From NCBI GenBank assembly GCA_038087875.1, contig CM075982.1, positions 5,022,001 through 5,086,000 of the forward strand: DNA of 64,000 nt, in the 5' to 3' direction. The position numbers and the translations under genes are program-made. Of this stretch, positions 26,484-39,156 are shown one piece after another. A model generated the notes under the pieces. It made no database searches, was not told where the DNA came from, and was given only the letters and a program-made list of their open reading frames with translations. Within the stretch, counting starts at the first letter, position 1. Every line of letters starts with the position of its first letter. The DNA is from Malacoraja senta. Lineage: Eukaryota.

Positions 26484-27185
26484 CAGGGGTGGAAATCCCG
26501 GGGGGGGGGGACACGTCTCCCCCCCTCCCCCCATGTTTTGAGAGGCGGGGGACGATCCCCCCCATCCCCCCTCCCCCCCATGATTTGTAATCTGTACTTT
26601 AAAACTCGTTTTTTTAAAAGCTATTAAAAATCTCTGCTTTCCGCGAGACAGTGAGGGTGGGACTGATGAGCGAGGGCGCCGATTGGACGAAAGAGACGTC
26701 GGTCAGCAGGCAGTGGGGGGGGAGACCATGATGATTCAGCGCAATCATTGAAGGTGTCGGTCAGAGGCGGAAGTAGGGGGGTGGGACTGAGGATAGAGCG
26801 CGGTGATTGGAGGAGGGAGACGTCCGTGGAGCATAGATCATAGAGCGGAGCTTGAATCGGCCCATTCGCGGGGCTTTTCATCGCCCGACGCAGCCGGCCG
26901 CAGGATCTTCCACCGCCCCGCGGTCAAATTGCTGTGGCGAGGTGATCGAGGCTCCCGATGTTGAAGCCCCCACGAACAGCCGATTGAAGCTCCGCTCTAT
27001 GATCTTTGCTCCACGATTCGGGGTGGATGAAGCTGCTGTTGCTGGAGTTCGGAGTCGGTCTTAACCAGGTCAGCTTCCGATGTTAACGTCCATAGGGCCC
27101 ATAGCCGAAGCCTCGCGTGTGTATGCATGCGCGTCCGCCAAGAAATTGTGTCCCCCCCATGTTTTGAGAGCGATTTCCGTGCCTG
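26484..27185. mobile_element. Non-autonomous hAT DNA transposon
   Basis: 8-bp TSD cagtaaac (26476-26483 and 27186-27193); imperfect 14-bp TIRs caggggtggaaatc / gatttccgtgcctg. Confidence 0.85.
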
Positions 27186-27374
27186 CAGTAAACCATCTCC
27201 AAACTGATCAACTCATCAACATCTTTCCTTAAGTAAGGAGATCATTTGGTGTACAGCAATCCAGGTGTGCTTTCACCCATACACTTTAACTGTTGCACAA
27301 CATCCCTACTTGTGTGTTTCCACCTTTGACACATGTTAAAACTTTTTATTTCTAACTTTTTTCATTTTCTTCAG

Positions 27375-27437
27375 GAACTTCACATGGGAACAGCGGACAT
27401 TGTAAATCATATCTTAAAGAAACATGATACCACCAAA
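27375..27437 (+). CDS. USP32: USP32 exon ~9 (ELHMGTADIVNHILKKHDTTK)
   Basis: cttcag / gtaagt, 63 nt. Confidence 0.92.
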
Positions 27438-29194
27438 GTAAGTCTTTCTAGAAAACTGATTTTGTATTGCATTGATAATATTGCAAATGATTTTGGAAAT
27501 TGAGTTTGGATACAAATAAACGTGATCTTTTAGATTTGGTCCCAGTGTGTTTTTACCAATGGCTGTCAATGAATAACAATGTCCAATGTGTGTTGGAGCT
27601 GTCAGTTGAAGTGCCTCGATACACTATTCTTTGTAATGATATTCCAATTAAAAAAGTGTATGTATATTAGCATCAACAAGCTATTAATGAAATACATAGT
27701 TATATGAAACATTATTTGTTATTTTGACATAGATGTTACATGCACAACTGAAATTTGTTGAGATAAAAAATATTGCCCAAATTCAAGGCTGATGTTCCTA
27801 TGGAACAATTTAGTACAAGTTTCTCCAATTAGTGAACATTCATCTTACTCTTATTTGTAGCAAAGATTTGTTTTAATTAATTTTATCTGTTCCTTAATGA
27901 AGGATTTATTTGCTACCCTGAAGATAGGGCACACATAGGGCTACTTCCTTTCTAGTACCGGTCCATGAAAACAAATAACACATGAATTAATCAAGTTATT
28001 TAAAATGGGGGTGGGGGGAGAGGAGACCTCTTCTGAGCAGTTGTTCTTCCATTTGGCAACGATGACCATCGGGTGCACGACTGGTACATCTCAGCTTGCC
28101 AGTACAGCCACAAAATGTAACATTTTAGCACCTCATATTAAGGAGTATGTTGAATAAATCAATAGGAGGTAGAACAATTTGGAACAAAGTGAGTTATTTT
28201 TATGATTGGTGCTATTATGATTCTTGTATCAAAAAAAAGCTTTGATCTATATTTCTACAAAAAAGACCAGCAGATCATAATATGGTCTCATGACAAATGT
28301 GAAAAGGACCGGTTGCTGCTCTCGATGGCTGCCGTCATGTTGTGATTTAGATTCACAGCCAGTGAGAGATTTAATAAGCTGTGGATGTCAATCCAGGTAT
28401 ATGAAACCTGCTCAATAACAATTTTCTTCATAATGCTTAAAACTAATCTCTGTGTTCATGGGAGAATAAGCCATATAAGACATTATTAAAAGCCACACTT
28501 GTAGGTGTGAATTATTCAATTGAAATGGCATTAGGTTGTGTGTTCAGATTTGTGTTTAGTTTCATTTGCACAGTACATTTCTCTAATTGTTTGCATGCAG
28601 AAATTGTATTATGAAAGGTTCACTTTGTGAAATATTTCAATGTTGAGCAAGGTAAATTAGTTATTATATGTCTCTGAATGGAACTAAGATAGTTTTAAAA
28701 AGAATTTTTTTAAAGAGATTTTACTATAAAAACATTTTCCGTGACGTGTATATGAAGGAAAATGTAACCTGAGGGCTCTTTAAAAAAAAACTGGAATAAT
28801 TTTAATCTATTGGAGGTCTTGACGTGTATTAACAGAATAAATGTGATGTATCAATTTCAATGACCAGAGGGCAGAGCAACATGGAAGAAAACAATTTTAA
28901 AATATTAGCAGAATAAAAGATTTGTAATAAAAAGGTCAATTTGGAACTGGCATTGCCGGTGACGGTCCTGAAATAATTTAAAAAAAATTTAGTATGTAGT
29001 TTACTGCAGTTCAGTATTACTTGAAAAGGGGTATCTTGTGGAGAAAAGCACCACTGCCCACTTGTTTGAGTTTTGGGCTATAATATTTGATCATATTAAG
29101 TAAATATTTCCAGTTTTCAACAGTGTAAGCTCAACTTTTTATTCCTGGCTTCTATTTTTCCTTTTTTCTTGTACTGTTAAGATATTCTCGCGTT

Positions 29195-30211
29195 ATAGAT
29201 ACATAGATACATAGAAAATAGGTGCAGGAGTAGGCCATTCGGCCCTTCGAGCCTGCACCGCCATTCAATATGATCATGGCTGATCATCCAACTCAGTATC
29301 CCGTACCTGCCTTCTCTCCATACCCCCTGATCCCTTTAGTCACAAGGGCCACATCTAACTCCCTCTTAAATATAGCCAATGAACTGGCCTCAACTACCCT
29401 CTGTGGCAGAGAGTTCCAGAGATTCACCACTCTCTGTGTGAAAAAGTTTTTCCTCATCTCGGTCTTAAACGATTTCCCCCTTATCCTTAAGCTGTGACCC
29501 CTTGTCCTGGACTTCCCCAACATCGGGAACAATCTTCTTGCATCTAGCCTGTCCAACCCCATAAGAATTTTGTACGTTTCTATAAGAACCCCTCTCAATC
29601 TCCTAAATTCTAGCGAGTCTTTCTTCATATGAAAGTCCTGACATCCCAGGAATCAGTCTGGTGAACCTTCTTTGCACTCCCTCTATGGCTATAATGTCCT
29701 TCCTCAGATTTGGAGACCAACACTGTACGCAATACTCCAGGTGTGGTCTCACCAAGACCCTGTACAACTGCAGTAGAACCTCCCTGCTCCTATACTCAAA
29801 TCCTCTTGCTATGAAGGCCAACATACCATTCGCTTTCTTCACTGCCTGCTGCACCTGCATGCCTACTTTCAATGACTGGTGTACCATGACACCCAGGTCT
29901 CGCTGCATCTCCCCATTTCCTAATCGGCCACCATTTAGATAATAGTCTGCCTTCCCGTTTTTGCCACCAAAGTGGATAACCTCACATTTATCCACATTAT
30001 ACTGCATCTGCCAAACATTTGCCCACTCACCCAGCCTATCCAAGTCACCTTGCAGTCTCCTAGCATCCTCCTCACAGCTAACACTGCCCCCCAGCTTAGT
30101 GTCATCCGCAAACTTGGAGATGTTGCTTTCAATTCCCTCGTCCAGATCATTAATATAAATTGTAAATAGCTGGGGTCCCAGCACTGAGCCTTGCGGTACC
30201 CCACTAGTCAC
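29195..30211 (-). mobile_element. 5'-truncated CR1 LINE, relatively young
   Basis: Open 202-aa RT segment (SGVPQGSVLGP, KFADDTKL, RPHLEYC) plus the C-terminus; (tatctatg)n tail. Confidence 0.95.
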
Positions 30212-32024
30212 TATGTAGTTGGCTGTGGCACAGTTGGAAATGGGACATTATTACAAACTATGAACGCTCATTCCATTCAATGGTGTCTACTTTCAAAATG
30301 CAAGAAGCAAGATTAAGTAGCAGATAAACAATGCTGTGACACTAAAAGATGGGTGGTAACCAAAATGTGATTATTACCTAGGTGAATTTAAGTAACATTC
30401 CCATTGATAATATGCAAGGTTGCCAAATGGACCAAATATTGCATTGCTGTCTCCATATAAGTACAGCAAACTGTTCAGTTGTTGGTTAAATGTAATAGCA
30501 ACTATATGAAAGCTTCCCCCAGTCCAAAATATGCTTTATTTCTAGATTGTGTAGATAATGCAAAATGAAGGATAAATATTGATGGCCTACCTATGTTTAT
30601 TTGTCCCCAAAGTAATGTTCACTTCCACATTCCATGAACGTATTGTTTCAGTTTAGTTTATTGTCACATGTACAGAGGTACAGTGAAAACCTTTTGTTAA
30701 ATGCTAACCAAAGTATTGTGCACTCTTTCAGGAAAAGCGTGCACAATTAGGCTTGTTTTAAAACAATTGGCACTATTGGTACAACTAATGAAGGATATAA
30801 TCCTTAAATGGAAAGGGATGCAATGCAAGGAATACAATTTTGATGAGGTTTTAAATCTTGCCCTCTAAACCGTCCATATAATTTTAATCTGCTTTACATT
30901 TGATTTAAAAGCGGAACGGATCAAAGACACTATTTTTCTGGTCTCCTAAAATGGAAGTGATAATCCAGGGATAGTCGATGCTGCACTCTAAGTGCAGATG
31001 CACAAGAGCTTTGTTCTCAGTAGGAAAATTCCATTTAGATCAACAAACAAGTTATGGAAAAATTCACTGTCAGGCAACATCAGTGTAAGAAGAAATAAAT
31101 AAGTCAATGACATACTTTCAAAATCATTAACAGGAACTGCTATCGTTAACTCCAAGGCACTTCACGAGAGCCTGTCACATAAAATATTAATGAATGCCAT
31201 ATTAGGAGACCATGACAGCTGATGAACAGTTTGATTATTAAGATAGGATTTAAATGGTATTTTAGAGGAAAGAAAAGCTTCCTTTTTAGTTTTAGGGAGA
31301 GAACTCCAAAGCATAGATAATTTGCAGCAGCAAATGGAGCATTAAATTCAGGAATTTCTAAGATCAGAAAGGCATTTTTAGGATTATAATAACGATGGAG
31401 GATATTGCAGAGAAACAGAAGGCTAAATCATGGGGGAATTTGAAAACACATGGCGATTTTAAAATTGAGCCTTAAGCGAGCAAGAAATCAATTTAGGTCA
31501 CCAAACATGAAGTGATATGTGGCCAGGACTTGGTACAGAGAATTTAGAATGACCACAAGTTTGAAGAGTATAGGGGGCCAACTAGGAGTGCACTGCAATA
31601 GTTAAATCGAGAGTAATAAAGGCAGAGATGAGGGTCTCGACAGCAGATGAGCTGAAAGAAGGGCAAAAATCAGGTGAGGAGGATGCACATAAAAATATAA
31701 CAAATTATAAAAAGTAACATTCCCATAGCATTGTAACAAAATTCTTCCTAATTTTGGTTTCTTATTTTTTTCCCTTCGGTGACACAAGAATTGATGTTTT
31801 ATTATAATTAGCATGTATAAAAGTCCAAAGTTGTCAAAATGCATATCTTTTAAAAACTAAAATGTGCTTATTGCAAAAGTGAAGTCTTAATATAGTCCAT
31901 CGGTTTGCTTTCTTTAGTTATTAATATTTGATAAAGCTAAGAATCAAACTGGGAATTTGCATTTTGTCTACCCATACATTTCTAGCTCCTAATATATTCT
32001 GTGAATTATTATTTTTTTAAACAG

Positions 32025-32108
32025 AAGGGACACTTAACACTAGAAGATTATCAGATTTGGGGTGTAAAAAGTGCTTTGGCCAGTGAGTTTCTTAATCTCC
32101 TATTTCAG
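32025..32108 (+). CDS. USP32: USP32 exon ~10 (KGHLTLEDYQIWGVKSALASEFLNLLFQ)
   Basis: aaacag / gttagt, 84 nt. Confidence 0.94.
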
Positions 32109-33245
32109 GTTAGTGTTACTGTACTCTACTTTGTAATCAATTCCTTGTTTATCTTTCAGGTGTGTTTGAATAATTTCTTCCTATTATTTCTGTTTGCATT
32201 GATCACAGTGGTACTGAATCAAACAGTTAAGATCAATTCTACATCTGAATGAACTTTCACTGCAAAGTAATTAAACCAGTAGGTCTTTCAGGATTTTGTT
32301 TCAGATCATTGAAACTACCAGGTTTGATCCCTGGTTACTCTTACTAAATTTGGCGATGATTGAAACTCCTTTTAAAAATGACTTGGAATTTTTGGAATTT
32401 TAAAATATGTTGATTTTTTAAAACTGATATCCTTGTTCTGACAGGTTAAACTCCAGAAACTATAAAGTCTGCATGCCTGATGTTCATGTTTAGTGAATGT
32501 TTCGTACTTGCATTTTCAATTTCTTGAGCATAAGCATCAAAATGTAACCAAAAATCTAACACTTACAAAGGACAGATAACATAACTTTTGCTCATGTTGC
32601 ACATTCAGAATCATTACTTAAAGTATTATTCCGACAAAATTATTAATTTGGTGTATCTACTGTGGCACATGTATAGATGGTGTAAGTTAGTTGAAATGTT
32701 AATTTCCCCATGAGTATGGCTTTAAGAAATTGTACGATTTTTTTCCCCTTTTTTTTTTACAAAGGCAGAACCAAAACTATAAATGCATTCAAAATCAATT
32801 AAGTAATAAATTGCAGAGAAACAAAATTGCAATATAAACTGATGTTAATTAATGTAGAATTCTGCACCTTCTACCACATTCTTCTAAATCTCTTTGGCAC
32901 TCTTGTATCCTATCACATTCTTCATATAATTTGGGGATTAAAACTATACACAGTTCCCCAGTTTTGGCATAATCAATGCAATAATTAATTTGAACGTTGC
33001 CTCTTTGTACAGGTTTTCTATGTTTTAGATAAGTGTAAGCAAGTATCTCACGAGCCACTTGCACGATGTTTACTTGTTCTATTGTCGTCATTGAAAAAGT
33101 ACTCAAACCCTACAGTTCCTCGATACTTGTCGGTATCCTGATGTTGTTTATTGTGAAGAGTAGTCTGAGCTGAAGAGAGCTTAATTGTCTCAACAAAACT
33201 GCTGCTACTTCTGTTAATTGTGATCTTTTCTCCTTCCATCTGCAG

Positions 33246-33307
33246 ATATGTCATATAGTTCTTGGTCTAAGACCAGCTACACCAGAAGAGGAAGGGCAGA
33301 TTATCAG
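33246..33307 (+). CDS. USP32: USP32 exon ~11 (ICHIVLGLRPATPEEEGQII)
   Basis: ctgcag / gtgcat, 62 nt. Confidence 0.94.
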
Positions 33308-34078
33308 GTGCATAACTTTCTCAGCAACAACTGCTTGTTTTTTAACAAAATAACATTGCAAATTACCTCAGTATTTGCAATGTTATTCACTGGAAATAAG
33401 TTAATCTATGTAGAGCATGTGAAAGAGTGTATGGAACATTTTACCCTTACAACCATCTATGCTCCAAGGTAGGGCAGAAAAACGCACTTCAACAAGGTGG
33501 AAAAAATATTTTGACATATTTCTCCATGACATTCTTGTGATAAAAGCTCATTGTATGGAGCATTTATTACCTGTAGTCACATGGCTTCTATATAGTGTGA
33601 TCTCTGCTCCAGTTAAGACCTGCACTAACTCCCTGTTGTTGTATCGATTGTTAGCGTCCACCAAAACAATGTAATGCATTCCAGTGAATAATTCTTTTGT
33701 CTGAGAAGAACCACCACATTATGTTTGTCCCCACTCTTGTGAACTCAAATTTAAAATTAGAATTCATATCTACTTTGTATCTCAAAAGTTGTTAAATTGC
33801 AATAATCTATCAACTACCCCTTCATTATTTTATAGACCTCTTGCAGTTCATTGCTCCAGAGTAAATGGATACAAGTCCTAAAGGGTTTTTTTGAGTAGTT
33901 TTTTTCTTTTAGCAAATATTCCCAGTCATTTTTTGCGGAATAATTTCAAAAGTCACCATATCGTGCACCATGTGAGCAAAGCAAAACTCCATATTTCTCT
34001 TAATTGGTCGTATGCCGTAGTAAGCAATACATTAGAGACTGGCTCTGGTGAGGCAGCCAATCGGGAATGAACAACGTG

Positions 34079-34355
34079 TCATAAGTTCATAGGTTAAAGG
34101 AGCAGAAATAGCTAATTCAGCCAATCAAGTCTACTTTGTCATTCAAACATGGCTGATCTATCTTTCCCTCTCAACCCCGTTCTCACCTTCTCCCCATAAC
34201 CGCTGACACCCACACTCAAGAATCTATCTATCTCCGCCTTAAAAATATCCATTGACTTGGACTCCACAGCCTTCTATGACAATGAATTCCACAGATTCAC
34301 CGCCCTCTCGCCAAACTAATCCCTCTCATCTCCTTTCTAAAGGTGCGTCCTTTAC
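34079..34355 (-). mobile_element. CR1 3' fragment
   Basis: Same family as 85-282. Confidence 0.75.
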
Positions 34356-34717
34356 ATTGTATGTTCAAATTGGATGCATCTTCCAATGAAATCTCAATAG
34401 GGAGCCAGCCCAGCTCAGTATTCTTTCCGTCGGGATTTTTATTTGGAATAAGAAAGTAACATTTCAGAAAGTTGAGTGGTTCATTTCTAAACTGCTGAAT
34501 ATATTTAATTGATGGTTGGGTATGGAAAGCATTATCAATACTTGGGCTCAGTTCGGGTTCGCCAAGACTTTAATTTTATGGACAAACTACCTCCACTGGG
34601 CACAACACTTTTTTTCTCTTCACTGTACCATTTTCAGCAAACAATTGATGGATGAGGGTATTTACTGTTCACCCTCTCACCGGTGCTTAAAAATACAATA
34701 AAACTGAAAACTTAAGT

Positions 34718-34895
34718 AGTAACTCAGCTGGTCAGACAGCATCTCTGGAGGAAAGGAAAAGATAACGTTTAGGGCTGAGACCCTTCTTCAACCCGAAACG
34801 TCACCTATTCCTTTTCTCCAGAGTTGCTGTCTGACCCTCTGAGTTACTCCAGCTTTTTATGTCTGTTTTCAGTTTATACCAGCAGTTCCTTCCTA
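34718..34895. mobile_element. Head-to-head inverted Penelope-terminus pair joined at the hammerhead motif
   Basis: agtaactcagctggtcagacagcatctctggag... is the reverse-complement partner of ...ctccagagttgctgtctgaccctctgagttact. Confidence 0.75.
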
Positions 34896-35826
34896 CAAAC
34901 AGCATTGAGTGTTCCCCGTATTTCTATTTAATTTCAGAGTTTCAGTACCTGTATTATATCGCTAGATGCGTTTTACCCACATCAAATGTTAATGATAACT
35001 TGTCTAATTCACCGAGTGCATTTCAGTCATTTTGCATTTGCCTGCTCCATTGACCGGCTCATTAATGCGTTACTAAGAACCCCGTCTTATAGAAAATTGC
35101 ATTATAAAGACAATTGGGGAAAGGGGGGGTTAAGGGTTTGAGAGTTTCAGACAAGGTTATTTATCCCGCATGAATTTTAAAAATCAAAGGTTTTTTTATA
35201 CCAATAAGTTTATTTGTAACTGCAAAATAAAAATACTGAAGGCTCTGTTACATTATTTAATGCAGTGTGATTGCACAAGTGTCAATGGCAGCGATTACTT
35301 GTCATTTTCAATGGCAAACCATGGTTGAAGTGACAGCTGTGTTCTTAAAAGACAATGTTGTCTGATTTCTGTGAGGAAAACAGGATTTATTTTTTCCACA
35401 CAATACTTTTTACATCCAACATGGCTTTTTCTGGTCGTCAATTTCCAAAGTAACTTTTAAGTGGTTCGTTAATATCCGATCAAATTCGGTTTATAACCAA
35501 TTCGGCCCGCTTAGCATAAATAGTGCTCCCGAATTCATCACTCGTGTTACACCCAATTTGTGTTTGTGAAAATGCACGTTATAGCTACAGAAGTACTCCT
35601 TCTCAGGCTAATCCAGATTCATTTGTTACAACTTTACGATGCAACTAATACGGCATTTTTTAATTGTATCCTTGAAATTATATTGTACATTTTTACTTGG
35701 TGTTTTTGTTGGGGCATTAATGGCAATGTTTAAATTGTGTCCATTGTAATTTTTTCCTAATTAGCTTTTGAAATCCCTGTTTATAATTGCAGTGCATTAC
35801 TAATTTATCTGCAATTTTTTTTCTAG

Positions 35827-35929
35827 TGGATGGTTGGAAAGAGAAAACAGACATGGACTACAAACTGGACATAATTGGTTTTTGATTTCAATGCAGTGGT
35901 GGCAGCAGTGGAAGGAATATGTAAAATAT
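35827..35929 (+). CDS. USP32: USP32 exon ~12, start of DUSP domain (GWLERENRHGLQTGHNWFLISMQWWQQWKEYVKY)
   Basis: ttctag / gtgagt, 103 nt. Confidence 0.95.
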
Positions 35930-36434
35930 GTGAGTAATTTACATACTATTACATACTATTTTCTAGTAGTTTGAAGTAAACAGAGCAAATTAAATATTTT
36001 AAATGAAAGGCAGGATACTTTGGTATATGCTGGGGGGGAAAAAAATAAAGATATGTTGGAAATATTCAGCAGGTCTGGGAAGAAAAACAGTTGGGTTGAA
36101 GGTCCTTTATCAGAAGTCAACCTGTTCTGATTTTATTCATAGAACTCTTTTTATGAGATACTGGTAAATGAGATAAACGTTAGGTTAACTGCCTTGTGAT
36201 CCAACTGAAAAAGTAGGCTTGAAATTTTAAAAATCCATTGCAGTCCTTTCTGGTGACTTAACTTGAGCTCCCAAAACCTGCACATAAGTCAAAAGCAAGT
36301 TGGGTTCATGGCGATTTGTACAACGGTGGGTATTGTCTAAAAATGCATTGTTTGAAAGAATTAGCTTGGATGTTGACTGATATCATTGTCAATTTTCAGT
36401 TCTGAGGTTGTTTTTTTTCCTGCTTTTCTTGTAG

Positions 36435-36618
36435 GAAACAAAGCCAGTCATAATAGAACCTTCTTCAATAATGACTCCAGGAAAAAGCCAACACCAATTA
36501 CATGCTCTGGATCAAGGTGAAGACAAACCTGGAGTGCTGAATTCATTTACTTCTACAGATGAAAAATATTTTGATAACATTTCAATTGCATCTGAAGCAT
36601 CCGAGAGCACTGGCACTG
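36435..36618 (+). CDS. USP32: USP32 exon ~13 (ETKPVIIEPSS...DNISIASEASESTGT)
   Basis: ttgtag acceptor, weak gtaccc donor, 184 nt; phase matches the next exon. Confidence 0.88.
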
Positions 36619-37688
36619 GTACCCTTGTTTTTTAAGTTTATGCCCAACGTTAATTGAATATTCAACATTTGACTTGTTTACTGCACACTGTACTAAAGCT
36701 CAAAATACTCTTTGGATATAAATCCTTTCCAATTAATTACTTAAACTCAACTTAAATTGACAAAATCCATTGATTTAAGATAGTGTAGTTTGTAAATTTT
36801 GAATACTATTATTAATAATGGAAATAATTTTATTAGTAAAACAAGTGATACTTAAAAGGGTCATGTTATTTTCATGGACCTAATCAGACCTTTTCATGAT
36901 CTGGTCATATGATAATTCACCTAACCACTTCACTGACTGTGGTACAAGACTGCAAGGAATGAAGGCATTAACAAAAGCAATTTTGTCATGGAAGAAGCAA
37001 AAGATCTAAGGAACAGCATATTTGAGCCTTGAGAATTGGAAATTATAGTTTAAAAAAAAAAAGAACATAAGGCTATTTATGAATTCTAGTGGATATCTAA
37101 AATGTAAGGATTTGATATTTATTCTTCATTTGACATTATGACAGCCCTATCTATATTTGGGGGAAAATAGAAGTGCCAAGAAAAACTGCATCTAGCATTT
37201 CCAATGCCTAAAACTATTATAAGCAATATGATGGATTGTGGATAACAGTATTTATGAGCCAGTTACTTGATTAGAGCCAAGATTGCAGGATAATCCCAAT
37301 GAAAATATATCCTTGCGCCCAAATGCAAAACAAGGTCCAGAGCAGTTTTTGTTCTCTTTGCTCGTAATGCCTTAATTGGGTAAATGTGTTAATTAAAGCA
37401 AAACTTATTTTATCTTTGTCTTTTAACTTCAATGAGAATGGAATTTAATAAAAGCTTTTAAAGTCTGCCTGCAAAAAAGCAAACTACTGAGCATTAAGCA
37501 CTTAAACAATAAAATCAAATCTGCATGATATATTAGATGCCTTTTCCTTTATCAAAAGGAATGAAAAATAGTGGGCCTCTGGCAAGTAACAAATACTGTT
37601 ATTTGCCAGCTATTCAATGTAATTAGGCTGTAGCTACTATATTTGAGGTTTTCAATAGAAATGAAGAAAGCCAAACTATTTTTCACAG

Positions 37689-37689
<1 letters not shown>

Positions 37690-37772
<83 letters not shown>
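37690..37772. repeat. (TA)n microsatellite, about 41 units
   Basis: Seen directly. Confidence 0.98.
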
Positions 37773-37776
<4 letters not shown>

Positions 37777-37829
37777 AGCAGATTAAAATCTGAAGATAAT
37801 TGAAAAATATATATATTTTTTTCTTTCAG

Positions 37830-38005
37830 GCTTGTATCAATCTAGTCCAGCTGGTACTGATGTTTGCTTTGCCAGACAGTACAACAGTTTGGACAACAAT
37901 GGTCAATGCTTCCTGGGTGCTAATGGGAACATCCTAGGACACCTCGGTCTCCAGAAACCAGGAGCTATAGATAACTTATTACTTGTAATACAAGGGTCTG
38001 TGAAG
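37830..38005 (+). CDS. USP32: USP32 exon ~14 (GLYQSSPAGTDVCFARQ...KPGAIDN...SVK)
   Basis: tttcag / gtatgg, 176 nt. Confidence 0.93.
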
Positions 38006-38900
38006 GTATGGACACAAAGCTTTCAAAGATAAAAAGTAATTATGTTTCCCATGATGAACTCAATGTGCCATTCTAAAAGATTTAACATTACAGCATCCAT
38101 GGCAGTCTTGTTATTCAAAGACTATGTATTGATTATTATTGATTGCTTTTCATTTCTAGTCATGTGCAGAATGTCATGAGATCTAGGCAGTGCATTCATA
38201 TAAGCATTGAAATAATAGCCAATTTATCCTACTCATAGGATATTTAAGTGAGTGAAGAAGATTCAATATACAGGAGAGCTGCTTGCAACAGGGAATAACA
38301 AATACATTTCTGATGTGATAGTTTGAGTCCAGTTCCTGTCCTTTTTTCTGGTCAATTTGACGCCCTACATTTTACCAAAGGTAGCTGTGAGGAGGTGTTG
38401 ATAGGATGCAAGTATGATTGTAAAAACTAAAGGCAAGCTGATTCCATTGTCAGTAGATACTATTGAATGATGTAAGCCTGAATGATGGTTTAAGTGTGGC
38501 AGGATTTGGGAAATATTGTACAAAACCTTACAAACAGTAACTCAACAGAATAAGGATATTAAGAAGCTAATTGGAATGCTGTGAAGTCTAGGTTGGTGAT
38601 TGAAGCAGGGCCCATGTTGGCGTCAAAGAATGTGTGTTTGATTATTGCTTGTGAAAAATCAACATCACAGAAACATGCCATATTGTCAATTACGTGACTG
38701 ACTTTGAGCTACACTGCATTTTCATATCTCAAACATATAGGATTTTGCTTTTACAATACATATTGTGTTTTACACTTTTTAGTAGAAGTGGCATCCATTT
38801 GTCTTGTTATTATCCATGAATAATCCGTGATCAACATTTTAAAATTGTAACTTGATTTGACGAGTAAGTTTTCTGGAAATAGTAAAAATGTATTTAAGTG

Positions 38901-39156
38901 ATTCAGTTTCAGTTTGTTGTCACGTGTACCGAGAAACAGTGAAAAAGCTTTTGTTGTGTGCTAACCAGACAGTGGAAAGACAATACGTGATTGCAATCGA
39001 ACTATCCAGTGTACAGATACATAATGGAATAACGTTTAGTGCAAGGAAAAGCCAGTAAAGTCTGATCAAAGATAGTTCGAAGGTCCCCGCTGAGGTTGAT
39101 TGTACTTCAGGACTGTTCTCTAGTTGCGGTAGGATGGTTCAGTTGCCTGATAACAG
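38901..39156 (-). mobile_element. Rex1/Babar-like LINE 3' end
   Basis: Shared with 59588-59945 and 30645-30710 (gtttagtttattgtcacgtgtaccgag...ggttcagttgcctgataacagc). Confidence 0.65.

Noticed and set aside
35030-35600. Possible Tigger/pogo-like MITE remnant
   Set aside because: No convincing TIR pair or TSD could be defined.
35930-36434. Intron 12 searched for a SCARNA20-like H/ACA RNA
   Set aside because: No convincing hairpin-H-hairpin-ACA structure by eye, and part of the intron is a degraded Penelope terminus.
37552-37776. IYIYIY ORF
   Set aside because: Translation of the (TA)n microsatellite.
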